A stretch of DNA of 64,000 bases, taken from the NCBI GenBank assembly GCA_021153325.1, contig JAGKTQ010000002.1, positions 22,774 through 86,773 on the forward strand, written 5' to 3'. The notes beneath the pieces are model-generated. The model searched no databases, was not told the DNA's origin, and saw only the letters and a list, made by a program, of their open reading frames with translations. This DNA is from Lachnospiraceae bacterium. Its GTDB lineage: Bacteria > Bacillota > Clostridia > Lachnospirales > Lachnospiraceae. Both the position numbers and the translations under genes were made by a program. This document shows, piece after piece, positions 21,879 to 31,294 of this stretch (position 1 is its first letter; the number at the start of each line of letters is the position of its first letter).

Positions 21879-22998
21879 TATGAGAGCAATAGGAATTATT
21901 TTAGCAGGTGGCAACAACCATAGAATGAAAGAGCTTGCCCAGAAGAGAGCGGTTGGTGCGATGCCGATTGCGGGCAGTTATCGAAGCATTGACTTTGCGC
22001 TTAGTAATATGTCTAATTCACATATTCAGAAAGTCGGTGTTTTCACACAATATAATGCGAGAAGCCTGAATGAACATTTGAGTTCTTCCAAATGGTGGGA
22101 TTTCGGTAGAAAGCAGGGCGGTTTATTTGTATTTACTCCTGCTGTTACTGCAGAAGGCAGTTTTTGGTATCGTGGAACAGCAGATGCTCTTTATCAGAAT
22201 TTGTCTTTCTTGAAGAACAGTCATGAGCCATATGTAGTCATCGCTTCTGCGGACTGCGTATATAAAATGGATTTTAATGCAGTATTAGAGTATCACATCG
22301 CAAAGAAAGCGGATATTACTGTTGTATGTAAGGAAATGCCTCAGGGAGTCAGTGTAGAACGCTTTGGTACGGTGAAAATGAATGAAGACAGCCGTATTGA
22401 AGAATTTGAAGAAAAACCGATTATGGCAAAATCCAATACGATTTCTTGTGGTATTTATGTTATCAGAAGAAGACAGTTGATTGAAATGGTAGAAAGATGT
22501 GCAGAAGAAGGCAGATACGATTTCGTTAATGATATTTTAATCCGCTATAAAAATGTGAAACGTATCTATGGTTACAAGATTAAAGATTATTGGCGTAACA
22601 TTGCGACTGTTCAGGATTATTATGATACAAACATGGATTTCTTAAAACCGGAGATCAGAGATTATTTCTTTAAACAGTATCCAGATGTTTATTCTAAGGT
22701 GGATGATCTGCCGCCAGCAAAATATAACATTGGTGCGGAAGTAAAGAACAGCCTTGTTTCAAGTGGATGTATCGTTAACGGTAAAGTGGAAAATTCCGTT
22801 ATATTTAAAGAATCCTTTATTGGTAACAACTGTACGATCAAAAATTCTATTATTTTGAATGATGTATATATTGGGGATAATACTTACATCGAAAACTGTA
22901 TCGTAGAGAGCCGTGATACGATTCCGGCAAATTCCTATCATAAAGGAGAAAATGGTATTGAGATAGTTATAGAGCGGAACGCACGATATGTTCTATAA
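21871..22998 (+). CDS. glgD: Glucose-1-phosphate adenylyltransferase, GlgD regulatory subunit
   Basis: Paralogous to GlgC but with a degenerate G-rich loop ([13 protein letters not shown]). Overlaps the glgC stop, as in Firmicute glgCD pairs. Confidence 0.88.
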   Translation: MNDMRAIGIILAGGNNHRMKELAQKRAVGAMPIAGSYRSIDFALSNMSNSHIQKVGVFTQYNARSLNEHLSSSKWWDFGRKQGGLFVFTPAVTAEGSFWYRGTADALYQNLSFLKNSHEPYVVIASADCVYKMDFNAVLEYHIAKKADITVVCKEMPQGVSVERFGTVKMNEDSRIEEFEEKPIMAKSNTISCGIYVIRRRQLIEMVERCAEEGRYDFVNDILIRYKNVKRIYGYKIKDYWRNIATVQDYYDTNMDFLKPEIRDYFFKQYPDVYSKVDDLPPAKYNIGAEVKNSLVSSGCIVNGKVENSVIFKESFIGNNCTIKNSIILNDVYIGDNTYIENCIVESRDTIPANSYHKGENGIEIVIERNARYVL

Positions 22999-23046
22999 AT
23001 ATAAAACTGAATCGGGATAGCATAATGACAGACAGGGGGACACAAA

Positions 23047-23322
23047 ATGAAAATTACAGATGTTAGAGTGCGCAAGATTACAAAAGAAGGAAAAATGAAA
23101 GCAATCGTTTCAATTACAATTGATGATGAATTTGTAGTTCATGATATTAAAGTAATTGAAGGCGAAAAGGGATTGTTTATTGCAATGCCTAGTAAAAAGG
23201 CAACGGATGGAGAGTACAGAGATATAGCTCATCCAATTAATTCCGCAACAAGAGAAAATATTCAGAGTATTATTTTAGAAAGCTATGAGAAAGCTCTTTT
23301 GGAGCCGGAAGAAGCAGAATAA
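23047..23322 (+). CDS. spoVG: Septation/sporulation regulator SpoVG
   Basis: [11 protein letters not shown]...[34 protein letters not shown] is near-canonical SpoVG. Confidence 0.95.
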   Translation: MKITDVRVRKITKEGKMKAIVSITIDDEFVVHDIKVIEGEKGLFIAMPSKKATDGEYRDIAHPINSATRENIQSIILESYEKALLEPEEAE

Positions 23323-23335
23323 AATTTGCAAGGTT

Positions 23336-23369
23336 GAACGAGGGATGTCAATTGACATCCCTCGTTTTT
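23336..23369 (+). terminator. Rho-independent terminator after spoVG
   Basis: GAACGAGGGATGTCA / TGACATCCCTCGTT perfect stem followed by TTTT. Confidence 0.85.
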
Positions 23370-23416
23370 GTTGATAGGATTGGAACAGATGATATGAGAA
23401 ATGACGGAGGATTAAG

Positions 23417-23992
23417 ATGTACATTATTGTTGGACTTGGAAACCCTACAAATGAATATAAAAATACAAGACATAATGTAGGTTTTAGTGTGATAGATGCT
23501 ATTGCAGAGAAATACGATATATCAGTTCTGGAAAAAAAGCATAAGGCATTGATTGGAAAAGGATTTATTGACGGACAGAAAGTTATATTGGCAAAGCCAT
23601 TAACATATATGAATTTAAGTGGAGAAAGTGTAAGAGAGCTGGTAGACTATTACAAGATTGATGAAAAAGAGGAATTGATCGTAATTTATGATGACATCAG
23701 CTTGGATGTGGGACAGCTTAGAATACGAAAAAAAGGAAGTGCCGGAGGACATAACGGCATTAAAAATATTATCGCCCATTTGGGACATGATACTTTCATG
23801 CGTATTAAAATGGGAGTTGGAGAAAAGCCTAAAGGCTATGATCTGGCAGACTATGTACTGGGTCATTTTAGTGAAGCAGAACGCAAAATTATGAGTGAGA
23901 GTGCTGAGAAGGCATCTGATGCGGTCAAGGTTATGATGAATGAGAGCGCAGATGCGGCAATGAACCTTTATAATAAAAAGGTAAGCAGTTAA
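23417..23992 (+). CDS. pth: Peptidyl-tRNA hydrolase
   Basis: IVGLGNPTNEYKNTRHNVGF and GSAGGHNGIKNII motifs. Confidence 0.95.
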   Translation: MYIIVGLGNPTNEYKNTRHNVGFSVIDAIAEKYDISVLEKKHKALIGKGFIDGQKVILAKPLTYMNLSGESVRELVDYYKIDEKEELIVIYDDISLDVGQLRIRKKGSAGGHNGIKNIIAHLGHDTFMRIKMGVGEKPKGYDLADYVLGHFSEAERKIMSESAEKASDAVKVMMNESADAAMNLYNKKVSS

Positions 23993-24015
23993 TATAGTAG
24001 AAATGAGGGTAAGAC

Positions 24016-27000
24016 ATGCGTGCTTTAACAGCCCCGTTGCAGGAACTTGGGGCATATGAAGAGATGAAAAAGGCACTGGAAAAAGGTACAGCAAATATTT
24101 CAGTGACGGGTTGCGTGGATTCGCAAAAACTCCATATGATTTATGGCTTGAGCGATGGTTTTCGATACAAAATCATCGTTACTTATAGTGACTTAAAGGC
24201 AAAAGAATTGTATGAGGATTATAAATTTTATGACAGGAATGTCAGATTGTATCCAGCAAAGGATCTGATTTTTTATCAGGCTGATATCCATGGCAATCAG
24301 CTTGTGACGGAACGTATCAAATGTTTAAAAAGAATTATAGAAAATCGTCCTATGACGATCATTACTACCTTTTCAGCGCTGATGACACCACAGGTTCCAT
24401 TAGAAGTGCTTGAAAAAAATGTAATACGCATAAGTAAAGGTGGAGAAGTGGACGAAAAGCAACTGGCAAAGCAGCTTGTTGCGATGGGCTATGAAAAAAA
24501 TTATCAGGTGGAGGCACCGGGGCAGTTTTCTATTCGTGGCGGTATTGTAGATATTTTTGATCTGACCGAAGAGAATCCATACCGAATCGAGCTGTGGGGC
24601 GAGGAAGTGGATTCTATTAGAAGCTTTGATATTTTGAGCCAGCGTTCTATTGAGAAATTGGAATCCATCACTATTTATCCAGCAACAGAACTGATATTGA
24701 ATGATCAGGAACTGAAAAAGGGTATGGAGAAGATAGAAAAGGAAGCGAAAGAATGTGAAGAGACTCTTCGGAAGCAGTTCAAGACCGAAGAAGCTGCACG
24801 AATCCATTCCCAGATCAAGGAATTAAAGGAGCAGATATTTGAGTTTCAGTCTATTGTAAATCTGGAAAGCTATATTCACTATTTCTTTAAAGAAACAGCT
24901 TCTTTTTTGGATATATTTAAAGAGAAGAAAAGTTGTATTTTTATTGATGAGCCGGTGAGAGTTGGAGAACATGCAGAGGCTGTTGAACTGGAATTTAAAG
25001 ACAGCATGATACATCGTTTGGAAAAAGGTTACATTTTACCAAGGCAGATGGAGCTTCTTTATACAAGAGAGATGATCGTTTCTAAAATGGCAAATAGGAA
25101 CGTGGTAAGTATTTCCATGCTGGACATGAAAAATCCGATCATAAAAGCGGATAAAAAATATGGAATCGATGCCAAAAGCATGGCTTCTTATAATAACAGC
25201 TTTGAAGAGCTGGTAAAGGATTTGAAGCGGTACAAAAAGAACGGGTATCGTATTCTTTTATTATCCGGTTCCAGAACGAGAGCACAGAGAATTGCGGAAG
25301 ACTTACGGGAGCAGGAGCTGACTGCATTTTATACAGAAAATCCGGACAGAGAGATCGCGCCGGGTGAGATCATGACGTATTACGGCAGAGTTTTAAAAGG
25401 ATTTGAGTATCCAATGTTAAAATTTGCCGTGATTGCGGAAAGTGATATTTTTGGTGTCGAGAAGAAGAAAAAGAAGAAAAAGAAAACCTACGAGGGACAG
25501 AAAATCAATGATTTTGCGGAACTGAAGGTAGGGGATTATGTCGTTCATGAAAATCATGGACTTGGTATTTATAAAGGCATTGAAAAGGTAGAGGTGGAAA
25601 AGGTAGTTAAGGATTACATTAAGATAGAGTACCGGGATGGCGGGAATCTGTACATTCTTGCGACAGGTCTTGATGTGATACAAAAGTATGCTTCTGCGGA
25701 TGCCAAGAAACCGAAATTAAATAAACTAGGTACGCAGGAATGGAATAAAACAAAGACCAAAGTCCGAGGTGCTGTTGGGGAAGTTGCCAAAGATCTGGTA
25801 GAGCTTTACGCTATCCGTCAGCAGAAGGAAGGCTTTGCTTATGGCAAGGATACAGTATGGCAGCGGGAATTTGAAGAAATGTTTCCTTTTGAAGAAACAG
25901 AAGATCAGTTAAGTACCATTGAGGCTACCAAGCAGGATATGGAAAGTACGAAGATCATGGATAGACTTATCTGTGGTGATGTTGGTTATGGCAAGACCGA
26001 AATTGCGATTCGTGCTGCATTTAAGGCAGTGCAGGAAGGCAAGCAGGTAGTCTTTTTAGTACCGACTACGATTCTTGCACAGCAGCACTATAATACGTTT
26101 ACGCAGCGTATGAAGGAATTTCCGGTAAGGGTGGATCTGCTTTCCCGTTTTCGTACTTCTGCGGAGCAGAAAAAGACCGTAGAAGATTTGAAAAAAGGTT
26201 TGGTCGATATTGTTATCGGTACACATAGGGTTTTGTCAAAAGATGTAGAATACAAAGATTTGGGACTGCTGATCATTGATGAGGAACAGCGTTTTGGTGT
26301 TACACATAAAGAAAAGATCAAAAAGCTGAAGGATAATATTGATGTGCTCACTTTGACGGCTACACCAATTCCAAGAACACTTCATATGAGTCTGATCGGA
26401 ATCCGTGATATGAGTGTATTGGAGGAAGCGCCAAACGATCGTATGCCGATTCAGACGTATGTTATGGAATACAACGAAGAAATGGTGCGAGAGGCAATTG
26501 TAAGGGAGCTTTCCAGAAATGGTCAGGTGTATTATGTATATAATCGAGTTAACAATATCGCTGATATTGCAGCAAGAGTGCAGAGTCTTGTACCAGAAGC
26601 CAATGTAGCCTTTGCACACGGGCAGATGAAGGAGCATGAATTGGAACGGATCATGTACGATTTCATCAATGGTGAAATTGATGTACTTGTTTCCACAACG
26701 ATCATTGAAACCGGTCTGGATATTTCCAATGCCAATACGATGATTATCCACGATTCTGACAATATGGGGCTTTCTCAGCTTTATCAGCTCAGAGGACGTG
26801 TAGGACGTTCCAATCGAAATGCTTATGCGTTCCTGATGTATAAGAGAGATAAAATGCTGAAAGAAGTAGCCGAAAAAAGATTGCAGGCAATTAAGGAGTT
26901 CACCGACCTTGGAAGTGGTTTTAAAATTGCTATGCGTGATCTGGAAATCCGTGGAGCAGGAAATCTCCTTGGACAGAAGCAGCATGGACATATGGAAGCA

Positions 27001-27543
27001 GTCGGTTATGACCTGTATTGCAAGATGTTGAATGAGGCTGTAAAAAACCTAAAGGGAATTACAACGATAGAAGATTTTAATACAACGATAGATTTGGATG
27101 TAGATGCTTATATTCCCCCTTCCTATATTGTCAATGAGGTGCAGAAGCTGGATATTTACAAACGTATTGCAGGCATTGAAAATAAAGCTGAGAGTGAGGA
27201 TATGAGGGAAGAGCTGTTGGATCGTTTCGGGGAAATACCAAAGTCCGTAGACAATCTGCTTCGTATTGCGTTGATCCGTGTGAAAGCACATAAACTTTAT
27301 ATGGCGGAAGTAAAAGGGCGCAATGAGGAAATTAAATTTATATTCCATGAAAAAGCCCAGATAAAAGTGGAACAGATTCCGGCTATGTTAGCGCAGTATG
27401 AAAAGAAATTGAGTTTTAGTCCAAAGGGAGTGCCAAGTTTTGTCTATCGTTACAAAAAGTATGGTGTGGTAGAGAAAGATGCTGAGAGGCTTTTGGAGTT
27501 GACAGAAAGTATTTTAGAAGACATGGAGAACGTACTTTCATAA
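24016..27543 (+). CDS. mfd: Transcription-repair coupling factor Mfd
   Basis: 1175 aa. It has a UvrB-homology N-terminus, an RNAP-interaction region (VGDYVVHENHGLGIY), superfamily-2 helicase motifs (CGDVGYGKTEIA, DEEQRFG) and a TRG motif region. Confidence 0.95.
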   Translation: MRALTAPLQELGAYEEMKKALEKGTANISVTGCVDSQKLHMIYGLSDGFRYKIIVTYSDLKAKELYEDYKFYDRNVRLYPAKDLIFYQADIHGNQLVTERIKCLKRIIENRPMTIITTFSALMTPQVPLEVLEKNVIRISKGGEVDEKQLAKQLVAMGYEKNYQVEAPGQFSIRGGIVDIFDLTEENPYRIELWGEEVDSIRSFDILSQRSIEKLESITIYPATELILNDQELKKGMEKIEKEAKECEETLRKQFKTEEAARIHSQIKELKEQIFEFQSIVNLESYIHYFFKETASFLDIFKEKKSCIFIDEPVRVGEHAEAVELEFKDSMIHRLEKGYILPRQMELLYTREMIVSKMANRNVVSISMLDMKNPIIKADKKYGIDAKSMASYNNSFEELVKDLKRYKKNGYRILLLSGSRTRAQRIAEDLREQELTAFYTENPDREIAPGEIMTYYGRVLKGFEYPMLKFAVIAESDIFGVEKKKKKKKKTYEGQKINDFAELKVGDYVVHENHGLGIYKGIEKVEVEKVVKDYIKIEYRDGGNLYILATGLDVIQKYASADAKKPKLNKLGTQEWNKTKTKVRGAVGEVAKDLVELYAIRQQKEGFAYGKDTVWQREFEEMFPFEETEDQLSTIEATKQDMESTKIMDRLICGDVGYGKTEIAIRAAFKAVQEGKQVVFLVPTTILAQQHYNTFTQRMKEFPVRVDLLSRFRTSAEQKKTVEDLKKGLVDIVIGTHRVLSKDVEYKDLGLLIIDEEQRFGVTHKEKIKKLKDNIDVLTLTATPIPRTLHMSLIGIRDMSVLEEAPNDRMPIQTYVMEYNEEMVREAIVRELSRNGQVYYVYNRVNNIADIAARVQSLVPEANVAFAHGQMKEHELERIMYDFINGEIDVLVSTTIIETGLDISNANTMIIHDSDNMGLSQLYQLRGRVGRSNRNAYAFLMYKRDKMLKEVAEKRLQAIKEFTDLGSGFKIAMRDLEIRGAGNLLGQKQHGHMEAVGYDLYCKMLNEAVKNLKGITTIEDFNTTIDLDVDAYIPPSYIVNEVQKLDIYKRIAGIENKAESEDMREELLDRFGEIPKSVDNLLRIALIRVKAHKLYMAEVKGRNEEIKFIFHEKAQIKVEQIPAMLAQYEKKLSFSPKGVPSFVYRYKKYGVVEKDAERLLELTESILEDMENVLS

Positions 27544-27592
27544 AATGATAAAGAAAAAATAAATAAGTCCGTTTTAATGGACATATAAAATG

Positions 27593-27643
27593 TTACCTTC
27601 TAATCAGAACAAAGCAATTCATTCTGAAAGGAAGGTAATTTTT
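27593..27643 (+). terminator. Probable mfd terminator: a two-tier hairpin plus T-run. Its 3' arm is also the SD of the small ORF at 27644
   Basis: TTACCTTC-TAA-TCAGAA-(12 nt)-TTCTGA-AAG-GAAGGTAA followed by TTTTT (27639-27643). Confidence 0.5.
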
Positions 27644-27760
27644 ATGAAAGGTTATCATGTTGAAAGTGGTTATATGGGTTATGTAGAAAATAAATATATG
27701 TTATTTGCCTGTGAGGAGGACTACATGGATTACATTTCGTCCTCCAGCATACGATAGCCG
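27644..27760 (+). CDS. Possible 38-aa small protein (MKGYHVESGYMGYVENKYMLFACEEDYMDYISSSSIR)
   Basis: ATG is preceded by GAAAGGAAGG at good spacing. However, the ORF overlaps the 3' end of the convergent response-regulator gene by 31 nt, and its SD lies inside the putative terminator hairpin. Confidence 0.25.
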
Positions 27761-28443
27761 ATACCAATTTCCGTAAATACATATTTGGGTTCTGCAGGAT
27801 TTTCTTCGATCTTACGGCGGATATTAGCCATATTTACCCGTAAGATCTGGTTGTTGCTGTCATCGGCATAGGGACCCCAGATTTCTCCTATAATATAAGA
27901 ATAAGTCAATACGCGTCCTGAATTTTTAGCAAGCAGGGAGAGCAGTTTATACTCAATCTGTGTTAAATGGATCTCTGTTCCATTTAAAGAAACGATACGT
28001 TTTTCAAAATCAAGCACTAATCCATGTGAATGATAAGGTCTCGTATTCAATGGATTTCCGATCGTCATACGGTTGCTATGGCGAATGGAAGTACGAATAC
28101 GCGCCAAAAGCTCTGAGGTTCCAAAAGGTTTTGTGATATAGTCGTCTGCACCGGCATCCAGTGCCAGAACTTTTTCGTGTTCCTGCGTTCTTGCAGAAAT
28201 GACAATAATAGGAATACTGGACCAGGTTCGGATACTTTTGATGACTTCCATACCATCAATATCAGGAAGTCCAAGATCAAGCAGGATAATATTCGGACAT
28301 TGGGAAGTAATTAAGCTTAGACCATCATTGCCATTGTGTGCAATAGTCAGCTTATAATCCGAGGTTTTTAAAGCAGTTGCAATAAAGTTGCAAATATTCA
28401 TTTCGTCTTCTATTAATATAATTGAAATTTTAGGATGCATCAT
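27730..28443 (-). CDS. OmpR/PhoB-family response regulator, KdpE-like. I place the start at the ATGATG at 28443, not the track's 28623
   Basis: Receiver domain (ILLDLGLPDIDG, ISARTQEHEKVLALDAGADDYITKPF) and winged-helix domain (IWGP...LRVNMANIRRKIEENPAEPKYVFTEIGIGYRM) closely follow the KdpE pattern. RBS GGAGGAAAAAT precedes ATG 28443, which overlaps the kinase stop by 14 nt. Confidence 0.88.
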   Translation of the reverse strand: MMHPKISIILIEDEMNICNFIATALKTSDYKLTIAHNGNDGLSLITSQCPNIILLDLGLPDIDGMEVIKSIRTWSSIPIIVISARTQEHEKVLALDAGADDYITKPFGTSELLARIRTSIRHSNRMTIGNPLNTRPYHSHGLVLDFEKRIVSLNGTEIHLTQIEYKLLSLLAKNSGRVLTYSYIIGEIWGPYADDSNNQILRVNMANIRRKIEENPAEPKYVFTEIGIGYRMLEDEM

Positions 28444-29542
28444 ATTTTTCCTCCTTTGGTAATGTAAATAAAAATTCGGCACCATCACCATGATTTCGTG
28501 CGGTAATATCGCCACGATGAGCTGTGATAATAGTTTTGCATATAGAAAGCCCGATTCCCATTCCCTTATAGGCGTCAGATGTTTTGCTTTCTTCGTAATC
28601 AGAACCATCAAATATGGTGTCAATTTTGTCTTCTGAAATGCCTACACCGAAGTCTCTTATAGAAAATTGAACAGAATCCGGCAGGTCAGTTACTGTAAAA
28701 ATAATTGGTGAATTGCTATTAGAATGTACAGCTGCATTTTCCAATAGATTGATAATAACTTGTTCAATTAACATGGCATCCATAGGAAGAAACACATATT
28801 CTTCCGGGATTGTGACTTGAACTGCGGTGTCAGGAAGTCTTTTCTTGAAACGAGACATTGCTTCTCCGATCACTTCTTCTACTGCTTCAAGTGAAGTGGT
28901 GACTTTCATAGTACCCGTACGTATTCTTGTGACGGATAGGAGATTTTCTACCATGTTCAATAACCATTTGGAATCATCATTAATACGGTTTACCAGATTT
29001 AATTTTTCATCATCGCTTAATATGGTATTGTTATCGATGTACGCGGTGCTGTTACCAATAATACCAGTAAGAGGTGTGCGTAGATCATGGGAAACTGCAC
29101 GGAGCAGGTTGGCACGCATTTTCTCTTTTTCGGCTTCCATCAGAAGCTTATCACGTTCAGCAAGCAAGGTAGCCTGTATTTTTAGGTGAGTTGTCATAGT
29201 GCTTGTCATTAATGAAATTGTCAGCATGCATAAAAAAGTAATTTGATAACCTGTCAATGAAAAGTTCAATGCAAAATAAGGATAGGTGAACAGGTAGTTT
29301 ATACAAATAACTCCAACTGCCGCGGAAAAGATACCGTAAAAGTAGCCATCCGTATTTCGTGCAATAATAATTAAAGCAAGAATTTGAATTAATGCAGTAT
29401 TTGCAGAATTTTCTGGAACAAAATAAAAAAGTACGGAAGAAAGAAAAATAGCGGCTGCTTGAACAAGTATCGTGGTACACCAGTCGCGGATACGCGGGCA
29501 TTGCTGCGTGAATATTTTGTATTTATCGACAAAACCTTTCAT
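28430..29542 (-). CDS. Sensor histidine kinase resembling the C-terminal half of KdpD (4-TM DUF4118-like domain, HisKA, HATPase) without the KdpD N-terminal sensor/Usp domains
   Basis: H-box LRAVSHDLRTPLT, N-box LLENAAVHS and G-boxes DFGVGI / GMGIGLSICKTII. The N-terminal four hydrophobic helices resemble the KdpD membrane module. Only 370 aa. Confidence 0.8.
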   Translation of the reverse strand: MKGFVDKYKIFTQQCPRIRDWCTTILVQAAAIFLSSVLFYFVPENSANTALIQILALIIIARNTDGYFYGIFSAAVGVICINYLFTYPYFALNFSLTGYQITFLCMLTISLMTSTMTTHLKIQATLLAERDKLLMEAEKEKMRANLLRAVSHDLRTPLTGIIGNSTAYIDNNTILSDDEKLNLVNRINDDSKWLLNMVENLLSVTRIRTGTMKVTTSLEAVEEVIGEAMSRFKKRLPDTAVQVTIPEEYVFLPMDAMLIEQVIINLLENAAVHSNSNSPIIFTVTDLPDSVQFSIRDFGVGISEDKIDTIFDGSDYEESKTSDAYKGMGIGLSICKTIITAHRGDITARNHGDGAEFLFTLPKEEKYDAS

Positions 29543-29568
29543 AATCTCTCCTTTTAACCTTTTTTCTG

Positions 29569-29597
29569 ATTATAGCTTTTTTACATTCATTATTCAA
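29569..29597 (-). promoter_or_regulatory. Sigma-A type promoter of the kinase/regulator operon
   Basis: Minus strand: TTGAAT (29592-29597), 17 nt, TATAAT (29569-29574), about 25 nt upstream of the ATG at 29542. Confidence 0.55.
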
Positions 29598-29603
29598 TGA
29601 AAC

Positions 29604-29622
29604 TACGTTAAGGTTACGTTAA
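29604..29622. promoter_or_regulatory. Direct repeat TACGTTAA-N3-TACGTTAA with 11-bp periodicity, 6 nt upstream of the -35. Candidate OmpR-family regulator binding site
   Basis: Exact 8-mers at 29604-29611 and 29615-29622, one helical turn apart, abutting the promoter of the adjacent two-component operon. Confidence 0.45.
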
Positions 29623-29677
29623 AATCTGTAAAAAGCAAGGGAAAAAGTTGGAATATAGTCTGATAATTCGATATTTC

Positions 29678-29706
29678 TTGACACACTTTTTTAGAACCAA
29701 TAAAAT
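29678..29706 (+). promoter_or_regulatory. Sigma-A type promoter for the trpB-like gene
   Basis: TTGACA (29678-29683), 17 nt, TAAAAT (29701-29706). Confidence 0.55.
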
Positions 29707-29740
29707 AGAATAAGATTATTTGTAAACGGAGGATATAATA

Positions 29741-31108
29741 ATGGGTAAAATTCCATATAAGATTTATTTGGAAGAGCATGAGATGCCAAAACAGTGGTAC
29801 AATGTTCGCGCAGATATGAAGAAAAAACCTGCGCCAATTCTTAATCCGCAAACATTACAGCCGGTAACAGTAGAAGAACTTTCCAATATTTTCTGTACAG
29901 AGCTTGCAAAACAGGAATTGGATGATACAACAGCTTACTTTGATATCCCGGAAGAGATTCGTGATTTTTATAAAATGTACAGACCATCTCCATTGGTACG
30001 TGCATACTGTTTAGAGAAAAAATTGGATACGCCGGCTCATATTTATTATAAATTTGAAGGAAATAATACATCTGGAAGTCACAAGTTAAATTCTGCTATT
30101 GCACAGGCTTATTATGCAAAGCAGCAGGGATTAAAAGGGGTTACTACAGAGACAGGAGCAGGTCAATGGGGAACGGCTCTTTCTATGGCTTGTTCTTACT
30201 TTGATCTGGATTGTCAGGTATACATGGTGAAGTGTTCTTATGAACAGAAGCCATTCCGACGTGAAGTTATGCGTACATACGGGGCACAGGTTACTCCATC
30301 TCCGTCCATGAATACAAATGTAGGACGTAAGATCAATGAAGAATTTCCGGGAACAACAGGAAGTCTTGGATGTGCCATTTCAGAGGCTGTTGAGGCAGCA
30401 GGCAATCAGGAAGGCTATCGTTATGTATTAGGTTCTGTGTTGACACAGGTATTGTTGCATCAGTCGATTATTGGATTAGAGACAAAGGCAGCATTAGATA
30501 AATACGGTGTGAAAGCGGATATGATCATTGGCTGTGCCGGTGGTGGTTCTAATCTTGGTGGTTTGATTTCTCCATTCGCGGGAGAAATGTTGAGAGGGGA
30601 AGCAAGCTATGAGATGATTGCTGTAGAACCAGCTTCCTGTCCAAGCCTGACGAGAGGAAAATATGCGTACGATTATTGCGATACAGGTAAGGTTTGTCCG
30701 TTAGCTAAAATGTACACTCTGGGAAGTGGATATATCCCATCGGCAAGTCATGCAGGAGGCTTACGTTATCATGGTATGAGTTCTGTTGTATCAGAACTTT
30801 ATGATCAGGGGCTTCTTACAGCAAGAAGTGTAGAACAGACAGAAGTCTTTAAGGCTGCACAGGAATTTGCAAGAGTGGAAGGTATTCTTCCAGCACCGGA
30901 AAGCAGTCATGCTATCAAGGTTGCTATCGACGAAGCAATGAAGTGCAAAGAAACAGGCGAAGAGAAAAATATTGTATTTGGATTAACCGGTACAGGATAT
31001 TTTGATATGTTCGCATATCAGAGATATAATGATGGTGAGATGACTGATTATATTCCTACAGACGAAGAAATTGCAAAAGCACTTTCTAAATTGCCAAATG
31101 TGGAATAA
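29741..31108 (+). CDS. TrpB-like PLP-dependent enzyme (tryptophan synthase beta, TrpB2 class), stand-alone
   Basis: 455 aa. It has the long TrpB2-type N-terminus (PYKIYLEEHEMPKQWYNVRADM), the PLP-lysine region GSHKLNSA and the glycine loop GCAGGGSNLGG. No trpA or other trp gene is nearby. Confidence 0.85.
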   Translation: MGKIPYKIYLEEHEMPKQWYNVRADMKKKPAPILNPQTLQPVTVEELSNIFCTELAKQELDDTTAYFDIPEEIRDFYKMYRPSPLVRAYCLEKKLDTPAHIYYKFEGNNTSGSHKLNSAIAQAYYAKQQGLKGVTTETGAGQWGTALSMACSYFDLDCQVYMVKCSYEQKPFRREVMRTYGAQVTPSPSMNTNVGRKINEEFPGTTGSLGCAISEAVEAAGNQEGYRYVLGSVLTQVLLHQSIIGLETKAALDKYGVKADMIIGCAGGGSNLGGLISPFAGEMLRGEASYEMIAVEPASCPSLTRGKYAYDYCDTGKVCPLAKMYTLGSGYIPSASHAGGLRYHGMSSVVSELYDQGLLTARSVEQTEVFKAAQEFARVEGILPAPESSHAIKVAIDEAMKCKETGEEKNIVFGLTGTGYFDMFAYQRYNDGEMTDYIPTDEEIAKALSKLPNVE

Positions 31109-31224
31109 AAGTATCATTAAATAAAAAATTTTTGTATGAAATTACAAAAGAGCACAAGTCTTTGCAAATGATAAAAATCCAGAATTTAAAGAAGGATCAT
31201 GGCAAAAAAGGAATTTTAATTTAG

Positions 31225-31253
31225 GTATAAAATGCCTCCATTTACAGATACTA
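31225..31253 (+). promoter_or_regulatory. Candidate forespore sigma-G/F-type promoter for spoVT
   Basis: GTATA (31225-31229), 17 nt, GATACTA (31247-31253), compared with the sigma-G consensus GhATr-N17/18-CAtnnTA. Confidence 0.35.
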
Positions 31254-31294
31254 CTATCACACAGTAGAAAAATGTAAATGGAGGAATTTTTTAT

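Noticed and set aside
25462-25485. Homopurine run AAGAAGAAAAAGAAGAAAAAGAAA (eight Lys codons) inside mfd as a slippery or frameshift site
   Set aside because: The reading frame is continuous and conserved Mfd sequence resumes immediately after it. The run sits in an inter-domain linker, so it is a low-complexity insertion only.
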